Below the pieces are notes generated by a model, which ran no database searches, was not told where the DNA came from, and was given only the letters and a program-made list of their open reading frames with translations. A DNA stretch of 64,000 nt, taken from positions 2,560,001 through 2,624,000 of the forward strand of contig CAXXIA010000002.1 in NCBI GenBank assembly GCA_963666985.2. The letters run 5' to 3'. The position numbers and the translations under genes were made by a program. This DNA is from Spirochaetia bacterium (lineage in GTDB: Bacteria > Spirochaetota > Spirochaetia > DSM-2461). Within the stretch, counting starts at the first letter, position 1. The number at the start of each line of letters is the position of its first letter. Positions 1 to 7,382 of this stretch are shown here, one piece after another.

Positions 1-92
1 ACTGCCCCCTTCTAAAACAGGCGGCCGCAACCTAAAACACCCATAGCTGTCTTTAGCCACAGCCGCCCTAATCAAATAAAATGGTTTTTGAT

Positions 93-368
93 CTATTCGC
101 CGTTGGAATCCTTTACAGCCAGTCCCCAGGACTCCCATTTCTGAACCAACTCCTCGTAATAGTTCAGCGTATCGGCTACCCAGTCCTTTGCTTCCTGATC
201 GGCGTCCGCCAGCGATATCGGAGGATCGGGAATCTCTTCACGGATAGGAAACGGGTCCAGAATAATCGGCTGGACTGTGACTTCAACCGTCGTCTGACAC
301 CCGCTTGTTATTGCCAGCAACGATGTCAGCAATAACGCTGTCAGCATCACCCTGCTCAATCCTTTCAT
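93..368 (-). CDS. Lipoprotein, putative outer-membrane spanin (Rz1-like)
   Basis: MKGLSRVMLTALLLTSLLAITSG-C lipobox, Pro-rich mature part, overlaps the upstream gene in another frame; start chosen at ATG 368 with GGAG upstream. Confidence 0.65.
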   Translation of the reverse strand: MKGLSRVMLTALLLTSLLAITSGCQTTVEVTVQPIILDPFPIREEIPDPPISLADADQEAKDWVADTLNYYEELVQKWESWGLAVKDSNGE

Positions 369-582
369 CCCGCTCCTCCCGTTCCTTTTCGGCCTCGTCG
401 ACTCGTTCATGATGAGCAGCCAAAGCCTCGGCGTTTTGCTGGGAATGCTGGGCTACGGCCTCCGCTTGGGCGGCATCTTCCTCGGCTTCTTTCTTCTGAT
501 CTGACTTGACCTTTAAAAGCGTCGCAAGAAATCCAACAGCAACCGCAAGGCCGCCAGCGATCCATCCCAGCAGTTTTTTCAT
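283..582 (-). CDS. Putative inner-membrane spanin (Rz-like)
   Basis: N-terminal TM helix followed by a charged coiled coil; overlaps the lipoprotein gene. Confidence 0.65.
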   Translation of the reverse strand: MKKLLGWIAGGLAVAVGFLATLLKVKSDQKKEAEEDAAQAEAVAQHSQQNAEALAAHHERVDEAEKEREERDERIEQGDADSVIADIVAGNNKRVSDDG

Positions 583-984
583 CTATTCCGCCGCCGCTGT
601 TCCCGTTACGTTTTTATTGGCTTCGATGCCGCCTACAAAAAGGCCTATGACAATCATTAGCCCGACCCCGATTGACGCGTAAATTCCATCAAACGACCGC
701 TCATATATCCGCGAAACAATAATGGCCTCGATACATAAGAAAGCCAAAAACGCCATGGAAAGGATGTACCGAAAGATATCGACATCCTGATACTCACCCG
801 CAGGCAGTAAGGACGTTTCTTTGATCATGTTGGCCAAATCAACGCCGAGGAATGCTCCGATGATCAAGACGAATCCGGCGGACACAATCGTCAACACGGT
901 TCCGGATTCCACGAAGAAAATAAATGCCGCCATGATGACGGTCGCCAGTGCTACCACCAGCATCTGCATCGTTTTTGTTTTCAT
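583..984 (-). CDS. Four-TM membrane protein, putative holin
   Basis: Four hydrophobic segments in 133 aa; lies within the lysis-type cluster. Confidence 0.55.
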   Translation of the reverse strand: MKTKTMQMLVVALATVIMAAFIFFVESGTVLTIVSAGFVLIIGAFLGVDLANMIKETSLLPAGEYQDVDIFRYILSMAFLAFLCIEAIIVSRIYERSFDGIYASIGVGLMIVIGLFVGGIEANKNVTGTAAAE

Positions 985-1012
985 AACATCTCCTTTCTAT
1001 TTTTCTGCCTGC

Positions 1013-1543
1013 CTACACAGGCAACGCTCGCCGTTCAACCTCGGGGAATCCCTCAAGGCGTGGATCTGGGTTTGATATCACTTCGCCGTCAAATAACGGT
1101 TCAAAATGAGTTGAGACTTTCTTGTCGTAGGGATTCCCATCAACATCTACAACCAGCAGGCCATACCTCTCGGTAGGAACTTCCTGAAGGTTTATACCCT
1201 GAACCCTCGCCATTTCCGCATACGCCCACTTCCAATCTCGAATCAGAAAGTGCGCCTCCGGATCGGCGTCCATACCCCACCCATCATCCGGCTTCTCGTT
1301 ATCCCAGATGTCTTGATGATTTTTGTAATTACAAACATAAACGGGGGGCATGGTCCTGGCATTCCCAAGTAGAAGAAATCTCCCACAAATAAGCTCAATC
1401 TGCATGTCCGTTATTTGCCAGTCGCTTTTCCCCTGAAAGAAGCAGCGGATATGTTCGTTTACAATCCCGAGGGAAGCTACTGCGCACGCCCAGCGAGCAC
1501 CAAAGAAGCCGAATCGGCTTTGTGTGCAATACTGCTTTTTCAA
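1013..1543 (-). CDS. Putative Cys/His (C39/papain-like) peptidase, candidate endolysin
   Basis: Q...WACAVASL near the N-terminus and STHF near the C-terminus; position between membrane proteins and spanin pair; TTG start. Confidence 0.4.
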   Translation of the reverse strand: MKKQYCTQSRFGFFGARWACAVASLGIVNEHIRCFFQGKSDWQITDMQIELICGRFLLLGNARTMPPVYVCNYKNHQDIWDNEKPDDGWGMDADPEAHFLIRDWKWAYAEMARVQGINLQEVPTERYGLLVVDVDGNPYDKKVSTHFEPLFDGEVISNPDPRLEGFPEVERRALPV

Positions 1544-1547
1544 GTAA

Positions 1548-1829
1548 TCACCCTCCCTGATTCAATGCCCCAGGAGTTTCTTCCTGGTCTTCTTCAATCC
1601 GGATGAGGGTGGCCTTGATCCACGCAAGGTCGGTTTGAATTGCGGCGTAGCGAACATCCTGAGAAGCGATCCTCTCCTCCATAGGAGTGACCTTCTCCTC
1701 CAAGGCGGACAGACGCTGTTCAACTCCCTCTTGCCAGCGGCCTATGGCAATGGCCAGACCGATAACGGCAATGAAAATTGAAACCGCAGTTGTAATACCG
1801 TTTTTTAGAGATACCTTCGAAAGCCCCAC
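1548..1829 (-). CDS. Small TM plus coiled-coil phage protein (holin/antiholin-like)
   Basis: N-terminal TM, coiled coil; GTG start with GGGAG 7 nt upstream. Confidence 0.55.
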   Translation of the reverse strand: MGLSKVSLKNGITTAVSIFIAVIGLAIAIGRWQEGVEQRLSALEEKVTPMEERIASQDVRYAAIQTDLAWIKATLIRIEEDQEETPGALNQGG

Positions 1830-1854
1830 TACTCATCTCCCTGCTAATGAGGGC

Positions 1855-1900
1855 AGACTACAGCGGGCTATCTGAAGTTATGAATTGAAATAATTCAAAA
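1855..1900 (-). promoter_or_regulatory. Putative activator-dependent late promoter of the leftward operon
   Basis: TTGAA-N4-TTCAA dyad (1885-1898), 24 nt, then -10-like TAGTCT (1860-1855); same geometry at 11480-11523. Confidence 0.65.
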
Positions 1901-1914
1901 AGCTTATGAAGTAA

Positions 1915-3174
1915 TTACTGTATAGAACAGCATAAAACGTCTCCAGCCGTTCCAACTTGAATTTGATTTTCATAGAAAAAGAAGATTATTACGGCTATAT
2001 CTAGAAGAGCGATGACAACAGCACAGAAAATTAGGAGTCCTTTCTGAAAACGAGCTCTCTTATCCAGGTCACCAATTAAGTCACCTATCTGTTTATATTG
2101 AGCTGCATAATGAAATTTTAATCTATTCATCTGACCTGTATACTCTTCTTTTATACTTTTTAATGTATGGTTCTGATTTTTTAACAACAGAAGCATAAAG
2201 ACACTATAAATAACAATGGCAGCATAGAGTAAGAGAGCTGATAATTTGTCAAAACTATTCTCAGGATCATTCAATTCAATAGCGGCTAGAACAATAGAAA
2301 CGGGAACTCCAAGCATTTTTGCTTGTATTGATGAAAAAATATCATTGATTTTGAGAAGGTATTCTCGCTTTTTCTCTTCATATTCCAACCTTACTTTGTC
2401 GAAAGAAAACTCAGAAACGAATAAATGGTAGTTCTCGTTGATTCTTTTTGAGAACTCTCCAAAGTTCTTAAAAAGAAATTCCAACCTTTTTTCTTCCGAG
2501 ATATTTATCAAAAAGCTATACAAAACTTCTTTCAGAATACTTCTCTTTTGTTGCTTATGAGAATCATCCTCAAAGATCGAATTTAAGATTTTTAATCCAT
2601 CCAGATCCATTTCAAGAAAATGCGCATCTAAACTTTTTAAAGAGATAGATAACGATGACCTGTGGAGGAACACATATTTATCGATTATCTTATCGGAGAA
2701 GAACTGAACGTGATCAGCATTATTCTTTAATAGCTGTAAGACGGAAACAACTCCTTTATAATGAAAAACCTCTTTCTGATCTTTGGATTGGGAAAAAATC
2801 AAGCCTTCGTTGAGTAACAGACAGTCATCTGGGAGAGAAAAGAAGTATTGCCTATATTCCAGAAAATGATTCCAGTTCCGAAATATTAATAATCCATTGG
2901 AAACTAGATCATCATGAGAAAGACTTACTGTAACAGTTATATCTGATTTTAATTTAAGGATACTCCATTCTTCAGCTCTATCAGTCTCTGAGCCTTTATC
3001 TAGATAAGATGTTTCATTGATTATTTGCGAAGGGAGGGAATCAACGTCTTGGATGAATTGGTTAGTTATCACCGAAGAGAATCTGAAATAACCGCCCTCT
3101 TCTTTGAGGTTATATTTAGTGTGTAATTGAAGAATCTTTTCTAAACATTTCTCAATGTCAAGTTTTTTGTTCAT
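1915..3174 (-). CDS. Uncharacterised protein with C-terminal TM helices and coiled coils (moron cargo)
   Basis: 419-aa AT-rich ORF overlapping the upstream gene; three hydrophobic segments in the C-terminal third. Confidence 0.8.
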   Translation of the reverse strand: MNKKLDIEKCLEKILQLHTKYNLKEEGGYFRFSSVITNQFIQDVDSLPSQIINETSYLDKGSETDRAEEWSILKLKSDITVTVSLSHDDLVSNGLLIFRNWNHFLEYRQYFFSLPDDCLLLNEGLIFSQSKDQKEVFHYKGVVSVLQLLKNNADHVQFFSDKIIDKYVFLHRSSLSISLKSLDAHFLEMDLDGLKILNSIFEDDSHKQQKRSILKEVLYSFLINISEEKRLEFLFKNFGEFSKRINENYHLFVSEFSFDKVRLEYEEKKREYLLKINDIFSSIQAKMLGVPVSIVLAAIELNDPENSFDKLSALLLYAAIVIYSVFMLLLLKNQNHTLKSIKEEYTGQMNRLKFHYAAQYKQIGDLIGDLDKRARFQKGLLIFCAVVIALLDIAVIIFFFYENQIQVGTAGDVLCCSIQ

Positions 3175-4183
3175 TGCCGATTATTTGATTTTCTAATTCG
3201 GTCGGTATTTTGTCAATCTTCAATATTCCAGTCTCTTTATTATAATGAATTATTTTATTTAATAGACTTGATTCAAAGCTAATCGAAAAATCTTTTGTCC
3301 TTCCTGAAAATCGGGTAAATCCTCTTAATGCCATTCTATCCAAAGAGATTTCGTTATTAAGCTCATAGTCTTCTTGGGCGACTTTCAGGAAAAGACCTTT
3401 CTCTTTCGGTTCATATCTTGAATCAAGCATTTCAGATATTTTATCCAGCTCCGCAGGCTTTTCAGTATTCAATCGATCAAGACAATATTCTTTAACTGTA
3501 TTCCTAACATTATTTGTTATTTCATCTTCAAACTCATTTCTTTTGCACCAATCTCGAATAGCCCTAACAAGATTGCTTGTATCAATAGCGGTCTTCTTGA
3601 ATTCACTGCAACCAATAAAATTAGAAAAATAGTCTCTAACATCATTTGCAGATCGGCCAATCTTGAATGATATGTATTTATCAGAACTTCCCGATAGCCA
3701 TTTTGAAAGATTAATTCTTGCAGCCATGTGAAGTTTGTCGAGATCCAGACTTTCAATTTTGTCCAAAGTGAGTGTTTCACTTATAATCATTCCAGATTTA
3801 TTCCGTAGAAGAATTATAGAAAGAAAGCTTTCGCCTTTATGGTCGTAATGATTAAAGAGGAGAAAACCACCCTTTCCAGATTTACTCTCGTCAAGTTCCT
3901 TTTTGAATGAGTTCGTAGAGTCCTCTGTGAATTTCAAAAAATTAGAAAAACTATTTTTGATATAATATTCCTCTAGTCTCCTTTGAAAAGCGGGCTCTAT
4001 ACCTTCATTTTCCTCTGGAGGCGTAAAACGACCAATACTGACACCAGTCGTCCCAAACAGTTTTGATATCTGAGATGATAATTCTTCAGCTTTATCGTCT
4101 TTAACGTTTTCTTCTTTTCTAAGAACGGGTGGTATATCGGCTCCTTCATGAACTTCGTGAACTATGAAATTTTTAATTGCCAT
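3158..4183 (-). CDS. Nucleoid-associated protein, YejK/NdpA family
   Basis: MAIKNFIVHEV start, GGFLLF, LDLDKLHMAARINL, YISF, DYFSNFIGC motifs; GGAGG RBS. Confidence 0.85.
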   Translation of the reverse strand: MAIKNFIVHEVHEGADIPPVLRKEENVKDDKAEELSSQISKLFGTTGVSIGRFTPPEENEGIEPAFQRRLEEYYIKNSFSNFLKFTEDSTNSFKKELDESKSGKGGFLLFNHYDHKGESFLSIILLRNKSGMIISETLTLDKIESLDLDKLHMAARINLSKWLSGSSDKYISFKIGRSANDVRDYFSNFIGCSEFKKTAIDTSNLVRAIRDWCKRNEFEDEITNNVRNTVKEYCLDRLNTEKPAELDKISEMLDSRYEPKEKGLFLKVAQEDYELNNEISLDRMALRGFTRFSGRTKDFSISFESSLLNKIIHYNKETGILKIDKIPTELENQIIGNEQKT

Positions 4184-4216
4184 TCTAAATCCTCCTTACC
4201 TATTAAAGAAAATGCA

Positions 4217-4396
4217 CTAAAGCTTCAGTAAGCTTTTTGCTACAAACTTAATAAAAGCCAATCTTTCATCGAGAGTATCGAGCTGTTCATATTCTTCCCT
4301 TTCATTAACAATATCGAAGGCCAATCTGAACAGCTGAATCTTGCGCCACTGAGACTCTGAAATCTTGTCGAAAGGTTTCGCGGTACCCATATTCAT
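4217..4396 (-). CDS. Small hypothetical protein (59 aa, absent from ORF track)
   Basis: Hand translation MNMGTAKPFDKISESQWRKIQLFRLAFDIVNEREEYEQLDTLDERLAFIKFVAKSLLKL*. Confidence 0.45.
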   Translation of the reverse strand: MNMGTAKPFDKISESQWRKIQLFRLAFDIVNEREEYEQLDTLDERLAFIKFVAKSLLKL

Positions 4397-4472
4397 CTAT
4401 TCGGTAGTTTATGTTTATTTCTTGATTAAAGAAATGTTCTTGTTAATTCCGATTATCTTAGATAAAAGGAAA

Positions 4473-5117
4473 TTACCCGACATTCCGGTTTGTCTTAGCC
4501 TCGTCTTCCATCATCTGTTCATGTAAAAGGCCTTCGGCATAGTAGGTCACTTTTAATCTTCTCTGTGGGTTGAGCTTTTTCATCGTAGAGCAGACAGGGC
4601 AGGGATCGGTTTCGCCGCGTCGTTCCATAGTGTCCAGGATTATTCTCATCTGAGTTAAAGGATCGCTGATATCCTCGAAGATTTCTTTAGCCATTTCTTC
4701 CGGTGGACGGGAGGGCTTCTCTGACTCTTCATTTTGATTCGGTCCAATTTGGACCGAATCGAAAACCCTGGGTTCTAAGCCGGGTGCCGAGGGTGTGGAT
4801 TCCTCTTCTCCAGAGGGCTCATTTCGATTCCGCCCATTTTGGGCGGAATCGGTTTTCCCTGTTTCGGTGGCTTCATTTTGATTCTGTCCATTTTGGACAG
4901 AATCAAAAAACATAGAGCCTTGGCCTGTTAATAGCCATGTTGGATTTATGCGGAATTCGTCTATTATAGATTCCAATAATGTAATTGATGCTTCCTGCTT
5001 TCCTAATTCTATTCTACTTAAGTTACTTTGAGTCATCTTTAATCTACTAGAAAACTCTTTCTGATTCATGTTTAAGGTTTTTCGAATAGATGCAATTCGC
5101 ATATTTACCTGCGACAT
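4473..5117 (-). CDS. Prophage repressor, XRE/HTH_3 family
   Basis: HTH MNQKEFSSRLKMTQSNLSRIELGK and INPTWLLTGQGSMF; divergent from ner; ATG 5117 preceded by AGGCGG. Confidence 0.85.
   Translation of the reverse strand: MSQVNMRIASIRKTLNMNQKEFSSRLKMTQSNLSRIELGKQEASITLLESIIDEFRINPTWLLTGQGSMFFDSVQNGQNQNEATETGKTDSAQNGRNRNEPSGEEESTPSAPGLEPRVFDSVQIGPNQNEESEKPSRPPEEMAKEIFEDISDPLTQMRIILDTMERRGETDPCPVCSTMKKLNPQRRLKVTYYAEGLLHEQMMEDEAKTNRNVG
4729..4908. repeat. Three ~32-bp palindromic repeats inside the repressor CDS
   Basis: Cores GATTCnGnCCA-N3-TGGnCnGAATC at 4736-4760, 4826-4850 and 4880-4904, each preceded by TCATTT. Confidence 0.9.
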
Positions 5118-5140
5118 ACACGTAAACCGCCTATTTATAA

Positions 5141-5169
5141 TTGACATATACGCAGAGCGCATATAATAT
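5141..5169 (+). promoter_or_regulatory. Early sigma70 promoter with overlapping candidate operator
   Basis: TTGACA (5141-5146)-17 nt-TAATAT (5164-5169); spacer contains imperfect dyad ATATACGC-AGA-GCGCATAT; GCAnnnCGCATAT also occurs 60 bp upstream (5092-5104). Confidence 0.75.
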
Positions 5170-5316
5170 GAGTGTATCGGCTACTTGGATAGCCCGAACA
5201 AATCTAAAAATGCGGGAAGCCGGTATGTTTCAGCAGCCGAAAGCTTCCCGCAAAGGAGCATCTATGAGTCTAAACCACAATTCGTTTAAACACAAAGGCT
5301 TTGGAGGCATGGAAAA

Positions 5317-5553
5317 ATGAAAGTTTGCAGAAAGCCAAACAGGGATGTGCCGCAGGCAACCAAGATTCAGGTTCTCCTGCGCAAAAAGGACATCAGTCAA
5401 ACCGAACTCGCCCGGAGAGCCGGAGTCACCATGGTGACGGTGAATCAGGTGATTTGGGGTGTCAAGAAGATTCCCCGGATACGTCTGCATATCGCCAAGG
5501 AACTGGGCTTTGAAAGCTGGGATGAACTGATGGCCCACAAGGAGGTCGTTTGA
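5317..5553 (+). CDS. Ner/Cro-like HTH regulator
   Basis: ISQTELARRAGVTMVTVNQVIWG HTH; first gene of the early operon. Confidence 0.85.
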   Translation: MKVCRKPNRDVPQATKIQVLLRKKDISQTELARRAGVTMVTVNQVIWGVKKIPRIRLHIAKELGFESWDELMAHKEVV

Positions 5554-6362
5554 TGAATCAAGATCAGGTCAAAGAAATCCTTTTGCAAATTAAATCCGAG
5601 GTTCCTGATTTCCAAGTTATCTTCTCAGGGAAAGAACGTCGGAAAGTTGACGGCCTCTATAAGCCCGACACCCAAGAAATCATCATCCACAATAAAAACT
5701 TCAAAGAGTCGCACAGTCTTATATTCACTGCCGTTCACGAGTTCGCTCATCACATCCTTTTTCACGAAGAAGGATGGAACGTTTCCAAATCGCACAATAC
5801 TCATTTCTGGAATACCTTTTACGACCTGCTGGATGAAGCCGAAAAGAAAGGCCTCTGGATTGATCCACTTAAAAAAGAAGAGGAACTGCTGAAGAAAATA
5901 AAGGAAGTGCAGGATTCTTTAAGTGGTGTCACCAAGAAAGAAAAAGACGTCGGCCGCGATTTCATAAAAGTTGTTGAGCTGGCCCTGAACTGTGGGGTTG
6001 AGGTTAACCACATCTGCCGCCGCTATCTCCGGATGAAACCGGCCACAATGAAGCACTACGTCATGCTCTTCGTTACGAACATCTCCTCTGATCTTAGCCC
6101 TGATGCATCGCTGGAAGTCTCCCGGATTAAGAATCTTGAGAAACGGGAACTCCTTCAAGCCTCCCTTACAGAAGGCCGAACCATCAGCCAAGCCAAAGAG
6201 TCCATTCTGGGACGAGTGGAGACGGAAGAATCCGAGCGGGATCAAATCGCCGATATGTGGCAACAGATTGCCAGGCTGGAAAAGGAAGTAACCAAGAGGG
6301 AACACCGGATTGAAGAACTGAAGGCCCAAATCGAAAGCATACAGGAGAGCGCAAATGGCTAA
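5550..6362 (+). CDS. SprT-like zinc metallopeptidase-domain protein with C-terminal coiled coil
   Basis: HEFAHH and downstream HNTHFW motif. Confidence 0.7.
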   Translation: MMNQDQVKEILLQIKSEVPDFQVIFSGKERRKVDGLYKPDTQEIIIHNKNFKESHSLIFTAVHEFAHHILFHEEGWNVSKSHNTHFWNTFYDLLDEAEKKGLWIDPLKKEEELLKKIKEVQDSLSGVTKKEKDVGRDFIKVVELALNCGVEVNHICRRYLRMKPATMKHYVMLFVTNISSDLSPDASLEVSRIKNLEKRELLQASLTEGRTISQAKESILGRVETEESERDQIADMWQQIARLEKEVTKREHRIEELKAQIESIQESANG

Positions 6363-7380
6363 AGGATTACTGGGAGACCAAACATCTATTGATCTGCCGA
6401 AAACACAGTTGACGGTTATTACCCAAGAACCTGTTGACTCCCTGACCCCCCATCCGGAGAACGGCAAGTATTTCAGTGACATGGCAGGTGAAGTCTGGGA
6501 GGCCTTTCTCGAAGACATCAAAGAGAACGGCATCACCGAGCCACTCACCATCGATGAAGCGACCCGCTACATTATAAAAGGAAACCAGCGCCATCGGGCG
6601 GCTGTTATTCTTCAGCTGGAAACCGTGCCCTGCATCGTGAGGCCCTACGAGGATGAACAGGACGCCCTGGACGATCTGATCCGCGATAACGCCATGCGGC
6701 GGGACATGGGGCTTCTGGACAAGTACAAGCTGGTGGGCCACCTGAAACAGCGCCTGGAAGATCGACGCGGAGGGAATGCCCGAGGCGGCGGAGAGAACAA
6801 AGGCGGGAGTGGAACTGTTCCGCCTCGGGATCAAATCTGCCAGATCCTGGGGCTTCATAAAAATGATGTCACAGCCGCCCTGTTTCTTGAAGGCCTTGAT
6901 GCAGATGCAAAAGCGGCGTTCTTCGAGTGGGTGAATAAATACAACCCATCCAAGACGAATCTCTATGAGAAGGTCAAAGAACTTAAAGCCGCGAAGAAAG
7001 AGCTGGATGATGAGAAGAAGGCTCTGAAAAAAGAGATAAAAGATCAGAAGGCCCGCATCAAGGATTTGGAACATCTGGAAGAAGAGAAGGCCCGCCTGGA
7101 AACCGACCGGCAGATTCTGGATAACTGGAAAGAATCCGATCCCAAGCTCTGCGCGGATTCTCGGTATTTTGCCGACGGCATGAAACATGCCGACAAGGTG
7201 ATTCAAATCATGACCGAAGAATTGGCATACCTGCGGGATATGCCGATGAGCAAGCAGGCCGCCATGGCTTTGCATGATCCAATCCTTCAAATACTGGAAA
7301 ACCTCACCGACTACAAGGCTGTGCTGTTCCAGAAATACATCGCGGTTTTGGATGATGAAGAAGAGGACGATGAGGAATAG
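6355..7380 (+). CDS. ParB N-terminal (ParB/Srx) domain protein
   Basis: LTPHPEN, DIKENGITEPL, IIKGNQRHRAA, VPCIV, DNAMRRD. Confidence 0.85.
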   Translation: MAKGLLGDQTSIDLPKTQLTVITQEPVDSLTPHPENGKYFSDMAGEVWEAFLEDIKENGITEPLTIDEATRYIIKGNQRHRAAVILQLETVPCIVRPYEDEQDALDDLIRDNAMRRDMGLLDKYKLVGHLKQRLEDRRGGNARGGGENKGGSGTVPPRDQICQILGLHKNDVTAALFLEGLDADAKAAFFEWVNKYNPSKTNLYEKVKELKAAKKELDDEKKALKKEIKDQKARIKDLEHLEEEKARLETDRQILDNWKESDPKLCADSRYFADGMKHADKVIQIMTEELAYLRDMPMSKQAAMALHDPILQILENLTDYKAVLFQKYIAVLDDEEEDDEE

Positions 7381-7382
7381 CC

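Noticed and set aside
1915..4183. Assignment to the Kiwa defence system
   Set aside because: The soluble protein has YejK motifs and the membrane protein is large with C-terminal TMs; only the broad architecture is similar
4729..4908. Repressor palindromes as a CRISPR array
   Set aside because: Spacers are unequal (58 and 22 bp), repeats differ and are in frame within a CDS, and no cas genes are present
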